A stretch of 64,000 nt of DNA from an uncultured Actinomycetes bacterium (lineage in GTDB: Bacteria > Actinomycetota > Thermoleophilia > Gaiellales > JAICJC01). The notes under the pieces were generated by a model. The model did no database searches and was not told where the DNA came from. It saw only the letters and a program-made list of their open reading frames with translations. This document shows positions 1-9,029 of the stretch, piece by piece. Where the stretch lies: positions 215,272 to 279,271 of the forward strand of contig CAVOFQ010000002.1 of the NCBI GenBank assembly GCA_963695025.1. The letters are read 5' to 3'. The position numbers and the translations under genes are program-made. The stretch's first letter is position 1. Every line of letters begins with the position of its first letter.

Positions 1-271
1 ACGGATGGCCCAGCCAGATCGGCGTGCCCATCACGAAGATGTCGGCGGCGAGCACCTTCGCCCGCAGCGCGGGCCACTCATCGCCCGCTCCCTCGTCCGA
101 TGAGACCCCCGGCTCGACGTCGAAATCCGCCACCCGAACGATCTCACAGGGAACATCCGCCTTCTCGAACTCACCGGCGAAGTGTGAGAGCAAGAGGCCG
201 CAGCTGGACGGCTCGGGTGAGCGTTTGAGCGTGCAGTTGAACGCGACGGCGGTGAGCGGCGGTCCCGTCAC
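1..271 (-). CDS. flavodoxin-like NAD(P)H-dependent FMN reductase family protein (3' part lies outside the window)
   Basis: Hand translation from GTG at 271 gives VTGPPLTAVAFNCTLKRSPEPSS..DEWPALRAKVLAADIFVMGTPIWLGHP, the N-terminal pattern of actinobacterial flavodoxin/FMN_red proteins. It begins 4 nt after the stop of the upstream ORF. It is absent from the ORF track because it is open at the window edge. Confidence 0.6.
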   Translation of the reverse strand, partial: MTGPPLTAVAFNCTLKRSPEPSSCGLLLSHFAGEFEKADVPCEIVRVADFDVEPGVSSDEGAGDEWPALRAKVLAADIFVMGTPIWLGHP

Positions 272-275
272 CCGG

Positions 276-467
276 CTAATCGCCCAGCCGGCGCTCGACG
301 AATTCGTTGAGCGCCTTCGTGAGCACGGTCGTCAGGACCGCCACCCCGATATACGCCACCCACTGCTTCTTGGCCACGTGGTTGTGGTCCGCCTTCGTCC
401 GTCGCGCCCGCATGGTTCCTGTCACCGCCGGCTTCAGCACCAGCGTCGCCACATCTGCCGCTCCCAT
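276..467 (-). CDS. small single-TM protein (looks like the C-terminal half of a DUF3618-type protein)
   Basis: 63-aa ORF with one hydrophobic helix (WVAYIGVAVLTTVLT). It is in the same reading frame as 477..653 and separated from it only by TAA plus 3 codons. Confidence 0.45.
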   Translation of the reverse strand: MGAADVATLVLKPAVTGTMRARRTKADHNHVAKKQWVAYIGVAVLTTVLTKALNEFVERRLGD

Positions 468-476
468 ATCAGCCCC

Positions 477-653
477 TTATTCAGACGTCTTCGGATTGGC
501 CCGCCGCAGTACCCGCGCGAGCCCATCCACAACCCGATCCTTGGCCCGCTTGGGCGCGTTGGCCCGGTATGCGAGCGCCTCGACGGTGGCGCCAAGCTGC
601 TCGCGCGCCGCCTCTACTTCGCGCCGGGCTGCCTCGCGTGAGCCTTCACCCAT
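477..653 (-). CDS. DUF3618-like small charged protein
   Basis: 58-aa ORF below the track cutoff. Hand translation: MGEGSREAARREVEAAREQLGATVEALAYRANAPKRAKDRVVDGLARVLRRANPKTSE. GAAGGAGG lies 7 nt upstream of the ATG at 653. Confidence 0.55.
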   Translation of the reverse strand: MGEGSREAARREVEAAREQLGATVEALAYRANAPKRAKDRVVDGLARVLRRANPKTSE

Positions 654-1054
654 GCGACATCCTCCTTCGCTGACTCGACCGTCTCGACCGGCAGAGGCGG
701 GCTCGCCGAGCGGATGGACCTGACGCCGAAAAGGGCGAGGCCCGCGGCGAGCACCACCGCAACGGCCGCCACGATCAGCGCGGCCAGCCAGACATCGACC
801 ACCAGCGACAGCGCCGCGACGGCGGCGGTGACGAGGCAGGCGAAGGCGATCAGTCCGAGTACCGCGGCCACCACCAGGAGTGCGGCTCCTCGCGCCAACA
901 CCCGTGCCCGCGCCGAGACCTCAACCTTCGCAAGCATCAACTCGCTGCGCACCATCGCCGAGATGTCGCGCGTGAGTTGCCTGGTCAGCTCGCCGAGCGA
1001 ACGACCGTCGCGCTCCCGATCATGGGTGCCGATGCTTGCCACGACAGCCGACAT
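614..1054 (-). CDS. Holin-X type (holin superfamily III-like) membrane protein
   Basis: 146-aa ORF. The pattern SLGELTRQLTRDISAMVRSELMLAKVE followed by two long hydrophobic helices is typical of the actinobacterial Holin-X family. It forms an operon with the two small ORFs downstream. Confidence 0.7.
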   Translation of the reverse strand: MSAVVASIGTHDRERDGRSLGELTRQLTRDISAMVRSELMLAKVEVSARARVLARGAALLVVAAVLGLIAFACLVTAAVAALSLVVDVWLAALIVAAVAVVLAAGLALFGVRSIRSASPPLPVETVESAKEDVAWVKAHARQPGAK

Positions 1055-1073
1055 ACCCCCAAGGCGGCGATCT

Positions 1074-1907
1074 TCAAACGACCCGCGCGGCGTAGGTGTC
1101 AGGCCGGCGGTGGCGCAGGGCGGGAAGCCGCTCGCGGATGTCGGCCTGGGCGGCGGCGTCGAGGTCGGCGACGATCACGCCGTCGCCGTCCGGTGACTGG
1201 GCGAGCACCGTCCCCCACGGGTCGATGATCATGCTGTGCCCGTAGCTCGGCTTGCGCAGGCCGCCGGGGTAGCCGTGCTGCCCGGTGGCGAGCACGAACG
1301 CCTGGTTCTCGACCGCGCGGGCCCGCAGGAGCAGCTCCCAGTGCGCCATCCCCGTGAGCAGCGTGAAGTTCGAGGGGACGGTGAGCACGGTCGCGCCGCC
1401 CTCGATCGCGAGCGCGCGGTAGAGCTCCGGAAAGCGGAGGTCGTAGCACACGGTCAGCCCGACCCGGACGCCGTCGAGCTCGGTCACCACCGGCTCTGAC
1501 CCGGGCGCCGTCCCGTCGGATTCGCGGTAGCTGATCCCGCCCACGTCGACATCGAAAAGGTGGATCTTTGTGTAGGCCGCGACGCGGTTGCCGTCGCGGT
1601 CGTAGGCGATCGACACGTTCTCGACCCGGTCGCCGTCGCCGAGGATGGCCACGCTGCCGCCGATCAGGTTGATCCGGTGCGTGCGCGCCCAGTCGGACAT
1701 CGCCTCGACGGTCGGCCCGCTGTCGAGCCGCTCGGCCTGGGCCCGCAGCCCGGGGCCGTCGAGCCACGCGTTCCACTTCTCGGGCAGCAGCACGAGGTCG
1801 GCGCCACGGCCGGCGGCCTCGGCTACGAGCGGCGCCATGTCGGCAAGATTGTCGGCCTTCTCCGGCCGGGCCTGGAACTGCACGCACGCCGCTCGCAGTG
1901 TGGTCAT
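1074..1907 (-). CDS. carbon-nitrogen hydrolase (nitrilase superfamily)
   Basis: The internal start MTTLRAACVQFQ.. of the 520-aa track ORF gives 277 aa. Motifs: LVLLPEKW, TKIHLFD, VGLTVCYDLRFPELY (catalytic Cys). The ATGA overlaps the upstream gene. Confidence 0.9.
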   Translation of the reverse strand: MTTLRAACVQFQARPEKADNLADMAPLVAEAAGRGADLVLLPEKWNAWLDGPGLRAQAERLDSGPTVEAMSDWARTHRINLIGGSVAILGDGDRVENVSIAYDRDGNRVAAYTKIHLFDVDVGGISYRESDGTAPGSEPVVTELDGVRVGLTVCYDLRFPELYRALAIEGGATVLTVPSNFTLLTGMAHWELLLRARAVENQAFVLATGQHGYPGGLRKPSYGHSMIIDPWGTVLAQSPDGDGVIVADLDAAAQADIRERLPALRHRRPDTYAARVV

Positions 1908-2671
1908 GTCCCCAAGCCTACCCCGGCATCGCCGGCCTCGTCCTCGGCCAGCATCCGGAAGAACACGACCGAGCAGGCGGTGAAGAGGATCGCCGCCTGC
2001 TCGATCGCCATCGCGATGGCGCCGAGCTGCTGATCCTCGAGTGGCGAGACGCCCCACAGGCGGGGCGCGTGGATGTAGAAGGAGTACTGGGGATGGGTCA
2101 GCGCGAGCGCGAGCGAGACGGGCGCCGCCGCGACGAACGCGCCGAAGAGGTAGACCAGCGCCGATCCCGGCCGCATCCGCGACGGCGAGAGCACGGGCCA
2201 CCAGAAGAGGATGCCGGACGTCAGGAAGGCGAGGTGCTCGAGGCCGAGCGCCCACCGGTGCGTGAGCGCGAAGCCGTACACTGCCGGCACGTGCAGGCCG
2301 TACCAGGCGGCCAGCCAGTAGGCGAGCGCCACAGGCGGCGACGTGAGCGCCCGCACGACGGCGCGCCGCTCCGCGGCCGCCACCATCGCCGGCGAGAGCC
2401 CGAGCACGAGCAGCGGCGGCGCCCAGTCGGCCAGGATCACGTTCTGGAGCAGGTGCAGGCTCAGGAGCGACGTCAGCGCGATGTGCTCGAGCGGCGAGAG
2501 CAGCGCCACCGCGATCAGGGCGAGGCCGGCGGCGAACGCCGCCATCCGCGCTGTCGAGGTCGGCGCGCCACGCCGGTCGAGCACCCGCACGACCACCGCG
2601 TAGTCGACGGCAGCCACGACGAGCGCGGCCACCCACTCCGGATCGGCCTGGAACTCCCAGGGGTGGACCAT
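1904..2671 (-). CDS. cytochrome c oxidase assembly protein (caa3 CtaG-like membrane protein)
   Basis: 255-aa polytopic ORF whose sequence pattern (HLLQNVILADWAPPLLVLG.. WYGLHVPAVY.. FWWPVL) is typical of the Caa3_CtaG family. Confidence 0.75.
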   Translation of the reverse strand: MVHPWEFQADPEWVAALVVAAVDYAVVVRVLDRRGAPTSTARMAAFAAGLALIAVALLSPLEHIALTSLLSLHLLQNVILADWAPPLLVLGLSPAMVAAAERRAVVRALTSPPVALAYWLAAWYGLHVPAVYGFALTHRWALGLEHLAFLTSGILFWWPVLSPSRMRPGSALVYLFGAFVAAAPVSLALALTHPQYSFYIHAPRLWGVSPLEDQQLGAIAMAIEQAAILFTACSVVFFRMLAEDEAGDAGVGLGT

Positions 2672-2680
2672 GACCGGCGG

Positions 2681-2989
2681 TCAGCCGGCCGGCGCCAGCG
2701 GGGCCATCGTCAGCCCAAACCCGGCGAGCTGCTCCCAGTAGAGCTCCGCACGCTCCTTCTCGCCGGTCCAGACCACGGCCCTGCCGGCCGTGTGGATCGT
2801 GTCGGCGAAGGCCATCCCGCGCTCGAAGGTTACGCCGGGGATCGTCCGGGCCAGCGCGAACGCGACGCCGTCGAAGGTGTTGTGGTCATCGTTTCGGACG
2901 ATGACGAGCCAGGGCCGGCCGCTCCCCGAACCGGGCCCGGCCTCGCGCTTGGCGGGCGCTCTGCGCGGCGGAGAAACCGTCGTCGCCAT
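2681..2989 (-). CDS. clpS: ATP-dependent Clp protease adaptor ClpS
   Basis: WLVIVRNDDHNTFDGVAFALARTIPGV..AFADTIHTAGRAVVWTGEKERAELY is the ClpS core. I prefer the internal ATG at 2989 (MATTVSPP) over the track start at 3091. Confidence 0.85.
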   Translation of the reverse strand: MATTVSPPRRAPAKREAGPGSGSGRPWLVIVRNDDHNTFDGVAFALARTIPGVTFERGMAFADTIHTAGRAVVWTGEKERAELYWEQLAGFGLTMAPLAPAG

Positions 2990-3012
2990 GCCCCCATGGT
3001 ACCCAGGGGGCC

Positions 3013-3039
3013 TGAATAACCGGTGCCAGGCACTCACTC
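3013..3039. repeat. degenerate copy of the 31-bp TGAATAAT..ATTATTCA palindromic element
   Basis: TGAATAACCGGTGCCAGGCACTCACTC. The left arm matches TGAATAATCGGGGCC (seen at 18861 and 57390) at 12 of 15 positions; the right arm is eroded. Confidence 0.3.
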
Positions 3040-3056
3040 TTCCCCGGCGGGTTGTT

Positions 3057-3069
3057 GGGGACAGTCCCC
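3057..3069. repeat. GC palindrome GGGGACAGTCCCC (REP-like family A)
   Basis: Exact core of the family A palindrome, in inverted orientation relative to the copy at 3141. Confidence 0.6.
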
Positions 3070-3140
3070 GCCTTCCGGGTCGGAAGCCCACCGCATCCCC
3101 ACCTGCAACAAAAGCGTCACAACTCCCACACCGCCCACAA

Positions 3141-3160
3141 CCGGGGACTGTCCCCGGTTT
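3141..3160. repeat. GC palindrome CCGGGGACTGTCCCCGG + TTT (REP-like family A)
   Basis: 17-bp perfect palindrome followed by TTT. The same 17-mer (as reverse complement) occurs at 25985-26001. Confidence 0.65.
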
Positions 3161-3207
3161 CCACTAAATGGCGCATCGGCCAGGGCTCAGGGGCGCGCCA
3201 TACGGGG

Positions 3208-4717
3208 TCAGACCCCCCGTCCCCAGCCACCACCCCCCGGCGTGCGGATCTCGAGGACGTCGCCGGCGTGCAGGTCGAGACTGCATTTGGCCGGCAGCCG
3301 GCGGCCGTTCAGCAGGTTGCGGCCGGGTGTGCCGGGGGCGCCACCGGCGGCGCCGTGGGGGCCGTGGCGGCGGCGCTCGGTCATGAGCCCCAGCCGGCAG
3401 TCCTCGAGCACGCGGTAGACGCGCACGACGCCTTCGCCGCCGGGGTTACGGCCCGCACCGCCGGTGCGTGGGCGAAGCGCGTAGCGCTCGATGCGCAGCG
3501 GATACTCCCGCTCGAGCGCCTCGATCGGTGTGTTCAGGGTGTTCGACATCGCCACGTGCACACCGCTTGGGCCCGGGCCGGCAGCCGATCCGCCCTGGCC
3601 TCCGCCGAGCGTCTCGTAGTACGTGAAGGCGGGCGTGCCGAACGTGACGTTGTTCATCGTCCCCTGCCCGTGGGCGGGCACGTCGACCGCCCTGCCGAGC
3701 GCCGACATGACGACGTCGACGATGCGGCTCGACGTCTCGGTGTTGCCGGCGACCACCGCGGCCGGCGGCCGCGCGTTCACGAGACACCCCTCCGGCGCGC
3801 GCACCGTCACCGGGGCAAACGCGCCACCCGACGCCGGGATGTCGGGATCGCACACCGCCCGCACGACGTAGTACACGGCCGAGCGGGTGACCGAGAGCGG
3901 GCAGTTGACGTTGCCCGGCTGCTGCGGGGCGGTGCCGGTGAAGTCGGCAATGAACTCGTCGCCACGGATCTCGACCTCGACCTCGATGGGGATGTCGGCG
4001 GTCGTGATCCCATCGCCCTCGATCACGTCGGCGGCCCGGTGGCGGCCGTCGGGCAGCCTGCCGATGGCGGCGCGCGTGCGCCGCTCGCTGTAGCGGTGGA
4101 GCTCGTCCATCCCCTCGGCGAGCCTGGCGCGGCCGAGCCGCTTGGCCAGGTCGCGCAGGCGCACCGCCCCCACCAGCATGCAGGCCTGCTGGGCGCGCAG
4201 GTCGGCGAGCCGCTCGGCGGGCTTGCGCATGTTGGCGACCAGCAGCGTGCGAACGTCGTCGGTGAGCTCGACCGGCGGGATCACGACGCCCTCCTGCAGG
4301 AGCTCGGTCGCACCCGCCGGCATGCTTGCGGGCTGCATCCCGCCCACATCGGCGTGGTGCGCGCGCGAGCAGACGAGCCCGAGGTCGTCCACGACCGAGA
4401 CCAGCGTGATGTCGGGCAGGTGGGTGCCACCGGTGTACGGGATCGTTCAGCACATAGACGGCACCCGGCCGCGGCCGCAGGCTTCGCACGGCGGCGACGG
4501 CATCGGGCATCGCCCCCAGGTGAACCGGCATGTGCTCGGCCTGGGCGATCATGCGCCCGTCCCGGTCGAAGACGGCAGTCGAGCAATCGCGCCGCTCCTT
4601 GATGTTGGCGGAGTGCGCCGAGCGGACGAGCGCCGCCCCCATCTCCTCGGCGACGCCGCGCAGAGCCGCCGCGAGCACCTGCAGGCCGGCCGGATCGGTC
4701 ACCGCGCGACCCTCCAC
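3208..4717 (-). pseudogene. hyuB: hydantoinase B/oxoprolinase family protein, frame disrupted (or sequencing error)
   Basis: The N-terminal ORF 3446..4717 (..IKERRDCSTAVFD..VYVLNDP) and the C-terminal ORF 3208..4392 (DDLGLVCSRAHHADVGG..) fuse if one C of the minus-strand CCC run (plus-strand GGG 4439-4441) is removed. That restores NDPYTGGTHLPD. Total length is 3n+1. Confidence 0.8.
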
Positions 4718-6537
4718 GATCCGTCCCGCAGCCGCCGTGCTCGCCAGCCGGGCGCGACCCAGAGCGTGGAGCCCTCGAGCGCGACCGACGCGGGCCCGCG
4801 CACCGGGCGCACGGACGCCACCCGGGCGAGCTCGAACCGCGGCCCGGGCACGATCACGGACGTACGCATGCTGACCACCTCGATCTCGGCGCTCGGGTCA
4901 TCGAAGCCGTAACGCTCGCGGTGGCGGGCGTGAAACCGCCGCCCGAGCGTCGACGGCGGCCGCAGTGGCACCGTCAGCTCGTGTGCCTGGCCGCGGTATC
5001 GCAGCTCGCACTCGACCTCGACGGATCCGCCGCGGGGCGGGCGCGGCGGCGGCGTGAGCCCCGCGACGAACTCGGCCAGAGGCCGCATGACGCTGCGCAC
5101 CGTCACCCGCCGCCGTTCCCCGGCGGCGATCCCGAGCGCAGAGAGCACTCCGCCCGCGGCGGGCACCACAACCGCGCCCATTCCCAGGCTGTCGGCCACA
5201 TCGCAGGCGTGCAGCGGACCCGCGCCGCCGAATGCGACCAGCTCGAGCTCCCGGGGGTCGTGGCCCTGCTCGACGCTGACCACACCGATCGCGCGCACCA
5301 TCTCGGCGTTGGCGACCGCCACCACGCCCTCGGCAGCGGCGCGCAGGCTCCGGAATGGGCCCGCCACCGCCCGCAGCGCCTTCCTCGCCGCGCGGACGTC
5401 GAGGCGCAGCCCGCCCGGCAGCCGCACCCCGGCGTCGAGCCGTCCGAGGACGAGGTTGGCATCGGTGACGGTCGGCAGCTCGCCGCCGCGCCCGTAGCAC
5501 GCGGGGCCCGGATCGGCACCGGCGCTCTGCGGTCCCACGCGCAGCGCACCGCCGGAGTCCAGCCAGGCGATGCTGCCCCCGCCGGCGCCGACGGTGTGGA
5601 TGTCGAGCTGCGGGAGGCGCAGCGGCAGGCCCCCGACCCGGCGCTCGGCGCTGCGCCCAGCCACCCCATCCCGGATCAGGCAGACGTCGGTGGACGTGCC
5701 GCCCATGTCGAAGCTGATCGCATCCGGATTGCCGGCCGCAACGACCGCCGCGACCCCTCCCGCCGGCCCCGACAGGAGCAGCCGGGCCGGGTGCGCGGCC
5801 GCCTCCTCGAGGTCGCACACGCCGCCGTTTGACTGCATCACCGCAGGCCGGGGAAGGCCATCGCCCGCCGCCGTCTCCCCCAGCCGGCGCAGATAGCCGC
5901 CGGTGACAGGCCCCAGGTAGGCGTCGGCGATGGTGGTCGAGGCCCGCTCGAATTCGCGGAACTCGGCCGCGACCTCGTGCGATGCGACCACATGCACGCC
6001 GGGCAGAGCGGCCCGCAGCCGGCTTGCAACCTCGCGTTCGTGGACGGGGTCGGCATAGGCGTGAAGCAGGCACACGGCCACCGCCTCGACCCGTTCCCGG
6101 CGCAGCCGCCGTTCCGCCGCGGCCACCGACGCGGCGCGCAGCGGGCGCAGGACGCCGCCGGGCCCCATGCGCTCGTCGACCTCGGCCGCGATCTCGGCCA
6201 GCGGGGCAGGAGGCGCCACGTCGGGCCGGTACAGGTGCGGACGGGCCTGGCGGCCGAGCGCCGGGATGTCGCCGAATCCGCGGGTCGCGACGAAGGCGGT
6301 GCGCGCGCCGCGGCGCTCGAGCATCGCGTTGGTCGCCACCGTGGTGCCGTGGCCGAAGTGGGCGACATCCGCGGCGGCCAGCCCGGCCTCGACAAGCGCA
6401 AGGCGCACCCCTTCGATCACCCCCAGCGAGTGGTCGCTCGGGGTCGTCGGCACCTTGGCCGTGACCAGTCTCCCACCGGCGATCACGGCGACGTCGGTGA
6501 ACGTGCCGCCCACGTCGACTCCCACGATCGCGCGCAT
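4699..6537 (-). CDS. hyuA: hydantoinase A/oxoprolinase family protein
   Basis: Internal start MRAIVGVDVGGTFTDV.. (612 aa). Motifs: FGHGTTVATNA, SFDMGGTSTDV, HTVGAGGGSIA. Its 3' end overlaps the hyuB start by 19 nt. Confidence 0.9.
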   Translation of the reverse strand: MRAIVGVDVGGTFTDVAVIAGGRLVTAKVPTTPSDHSLGVIEGVRLALVEAGLAAADVAHFGHGTTVATNAMLERRGARTAFVATRGFGDIPALGRQARPHLYRPDVAPPAPLAEIAAEVDERMGPGGVLRPLRAASVAAAERRLRRERVEAVAVCLLHAYADPVHEREVASRLRAALPGVHVVASHEVAAEFREFERASTTIADAYLGPVTGGYLRRLGETAAGDGLPRPAVMQSNGGVCDLEEAAAHPARLLLSGPAGGVAAVVAAGNPDAISFDMGGTSTDVCLIRDGVAGRSAERRVGGLPLRLPQLDIHTVGAGGGSIAWLDSGGALRVGPQSAGADPGPACYGRGGELPTVTDANLVLGRLDAGVRLPGGLRLDVRAARKALRAVAGPFRSLRAAAEGVVAVANAEMVRAIGVVSVEQGHDPRELELVAFGGAGPLHACDVADSLGMGAVVVPAAGGVLSALGIAAGERRRVTVRSVMRPLAEFVAGLTPPPRPPRGGSVEVECELRYRGQAHELTVPLRPPSTLGRRFHARHRERYGFDDPSAEIEVVSMRTSVIVPGPRFELARVASVRPVRGPASVALEGSTLWVAPGWRARRLRDGSWRVAR

Positions 6538-6597
6538 GCGCGGGGGAGGATACGCCCTTGCCTTCAAAGTGGGGTCGAGCCCGATTATGCTGCGCCG

Positions 6598-7689
6598 ATG
6601 GACGTGGCCCGCCACCATTCCGCCGAACGCACGCCGGGCGCCCGCGGTGCGACGTTCGGACGCACCCAGAAGGAGCGGATCGCGCTCGTCATGAACGTGT
6701 ACAAGCGCCTGTTCGCCGTCGCAGCCGGGCTCACCGGCGACGACCTGCGCAGGCTTGGTGGGCAGGCACTCGACCGCATCGCCGCATGGTCGCCCGCCCT
6801 CCTCGAAGAGATCGACGGGATCGCCCACGGGAGCGGCAATCAGGTCGAGTTGATCGGCGCGCTGAACGCCCGCACCGAGCTCCTGGCCGCGTCGGCCGGT
6901 GAGTGCTCGACCATCGCCTGCCTGGGCACGGCCACCGCATCGGGCAGCCCGTTTGGCGTCCAGACCTGGGACTGGCACGAGGACCTGCGCGAGGGCTGGC
7001 TCGTGTGGACGATCGAGCACGCCGACGGCCGCCGGGTCGAGACCCTGACCGAGGCGGGGATCGTCGGCAAGATCGGGGTCAACGCCTCCGGCGTCGGGGT
7101 GCTCCTGAACATCCTCGGCCACCGCAACGACCGGACGCCGGTCGGCGTCCCGGTGCACGCGCTGTGCCGGCGGCTGCTGGACGAGTCGGACGGCGCCGTC
7201 GCCGCGCTGACGCTCGCGGGCACGGCGACGATGTCGGCCTCATCGGCCGTGACCATCGTCGCCGACGACGCCGACGGCGGCGTGGCCTGCACCGTCGAGC
7301 TGTCCCCGGCGGGGCCCGGCTACTGCATGCCCGACCAGCGCGGCGTCCTGCTGCACACCAACCACTTCCTGGCCGACCCCGGCCGCGAGGGCGACACGAT
7401 GGTGCGCGAGTCGCCCGACACGATGCTGCGGCTCGACCAGGCCCGCCGCCGCATCGACGGGATCGAGACGCCGATCGAGATCGAGGACGTCCTGACGGCG
7501 ATGGACACCCACCGTGGCGGCTCCGGTGCGATCTGCTGCCACCCCGCGGCCGGCGCCGTCTTCGGCGACCGCTGGACGACGCTGGCCACCATCGTCATCG
7601 AGCCGGCTCGGGCCGAGATGCGGGTCACGGCCGGCGGGCCGTGTCAGAGAGCGGCGGCCTCGACGGCCAAAGCCGCCGCCAAGCAGTGA
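6598..7689 (+). CDS. C45 family peptidase / acyl-CoA:6-aminopenicillanic-acid acyltransferase-like protein
   Basis: Start MDVARHH. at 6598 inside the long track ORF. The GECSTIA nucleophile motif and overall AAT-family pattern (VQTWDW, TEAGIVGKIGVN, LLHTNHF) are present. Confidence 0.7.
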   Translation: MDVARHHSAERTPGARGATFGRTQKERIALVMNVYKRLFAVAAGLTGDDLRRLGGQALDRIAAWSPALLEEIDGIAHGSGNQVELIGALNARTELLAASAGECSTIACLGTATASGSPFGVQTWDWHEDLREGWLVWTIEHADGRRVETLTEAGIVGKIGVNASGVGVLLNILGHRNDRTPVGVPVHALCRRLLDESDGAVAALTLAGTATMSASSAVTIVADDADGGVACTVELSPAGPGYCMPDQRGVLLHTNHFLADPGREGDTMVRESPDTMLRLDQARRRIDGIETPIEIEDVLTAMDTHRGGSGAICCHPAAGAVFGDRWTTLATIVIEPARAEMRVTAGGPCQRAAASTAKAAAKQ

Positions 7690-9029
7690 TCCTCGCGCCA
7701 CGGTAGCGCGGCCAGCTGGATGCCCACCGGCATCCCCAGCGAGTCGCTGCCGCACGGCACGCTCACGGCCGGCCAGCCGAGCAGGTTGAAGATCACGGTG
7801 AGACCGCACATCGCATAGGTGACGTCCATCTCCGGATCCCCGGCGAACGGGACCGTCTGCACCCCGATCGGTGGCGGCGGCTGGGCCTGCGTCGGCGTTG
7901 CCACGAGGTCGATCCCGGCGGCGGCGAGCTTCGCCAGCATGTCCTCGCGGTACTCGAGCCGGTACTCGCTGGCGACGGCGAAGCCGACCGCTCCCATCTT
8001 CTCGGCCAGCGCGAGGTCGCGAGCGACCTCGGGGCCGAAGTCGGCGCGGCGGGCCGGCCAGTATTCGGCCAGGGTGGCCGCCTCCTCGGGGATGAACGGG
8101 TCGCCCTCACCGAGCGGCGTCGGCCATTCCAGGTCGACCTCGACCAGCTCGGCGCCGGCATGTTCGAGCGCCGCGACCGCCAGCCGCACGCGGGCCACGA
8201 TGTCGGGCGCCGAGTGCTCGAAGAAGTAGCGCTCGGCGACGCCCACCCGCAGGCCGGAAAGGTCGCCGCTCACCTGCTCGCTCCAGCGCTGGGTTGGCAC
8301 CGGCGCGACGCGCGGATCGCGGCTCGGCCAGCCCGTCATCGCCTCGAGCTGGAGCGCGCAATCGCGCACCGTGCGCCCCATCGGGCCGCAGTGGTCGAGG
8401 CTGATGCAGAGCGGATGGACGCCCACCAGGCTGACGCGGCCGAGCGTGGGCTTGAGGCCGACCACCCCGCAGCACGATGCGGGGCAGCGAATCGACCCGC
8501 CGGTGTCGGTGCCGGGCGCAGCGGCCACCAGCCTTGCCGCCAGCGCGGCACCCGACCCGCCGCTCGAGCCCCCGGGCACGCGGGTCGGGTCATACGGATT
8601 CCGGCACGAGCCGAAGTGCGGATTCTGGGTCGTCGTTCCCCAGGCCAGCTCATGCGTCGCGAGCTTTGCGACGGTCACCGACCCCGCCGCCGTGAACCGC
8701 TCGACCACCTCGGCGTCGCGCTCGGGCACGTGGTCGCGGAACACGGCGCTGCCATAGGTGGAGGTGATGCCGCCCGTGTCGATGAGGTCCTTCCACCCCA
8801 CGGGGACGCCGAGCAGCACCCGATCGGACGGGATCCGGCCGGCCGCCACGGCGGCGTCGACCGCGGCCGCCTCGCGCAGCGCCCGTTCCTCGGTGACGGT
8901 CCAGACGGCCCCCAGAGTGTCTGCGCTCACCCGTTCGAGCGCAGCCCGGGCGACATCGGTGGCCGACACCTGGCGGGAGCGCACGGCCTCGGAGATCGCC
9001 CAGCCGGGGCCGTCGAGAAGTTCCTTCAC
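7644..9029 (-). CDS. amidase (amidase-signature family)
   Basis: 461 aa with GGSSGGSGAALAA, GTDTGGSIRCPA and KDLIDTGG motifs. Confidence 0.9.
   Translation of the reverse strand: MKELLDGPGWAISEAVRSRQVSATDVARAALERVSADTLGAVWTVTEERALREAAAVDAAVAAGRIPSDRVLLGVPVGWKDLIDTGGITSTYGSAVFRDHVPERDAEVVERFTAAGSVTVAKLATHELAWGTTTQNPHFGSCRNPYDPTRVPGGSSGGSGAALAARLVAAAPGTDTGGSIRCPASCCGVVGLKPTLGRVSLVGVHPLCISLDHCGPMGRTVRDCALQLEAMTGWPSRDPRVAPVPTQRWSEQVSGDLSGLRVGVAERYFFEHSAPDIVARVRLAVAALEHAGAELVEVDLEWPTPLGEGDPFIPEEAATLAEYWPARRADFGPEVARDLALAEKMGAVGFAVASEYRLEYREDMLAKLAAAGIDLVATPTQAQPPPPIGVQTVPFAGDPEMDVTYAMCGLTVIFNLLGWPAVSVPCGSDSLGMPVGIQLAALPWREDHCLAAALAVEAAAL

Noticed and set aside
3052-4602. 516-aa + strand ORF antisense to hyuB. 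Comparable long ORFs lie opposite real genes, for example 1898-3019, 5977-6597, 9278-10126, 14219-16159 and 16126-17865.
   Set aside because: The translations are Arg/Ala/Gly/Pro-rich low-complexity strings with no motifs. The opposite strand carries clearly recognisable conserved proteins. Stop-poor antisense frames are expected at >70% GC.
7644-7689. Convergent gene overlaps: C45/amidase 46 nt, cytochrome b/yitJ-like 14429-14466, dacB/ligA 51333-51347.
   Set aside because: Stop codons are rare at this GC content, so 3' ends commonly run on. There is no evidence of function. I treat them as ordinary.
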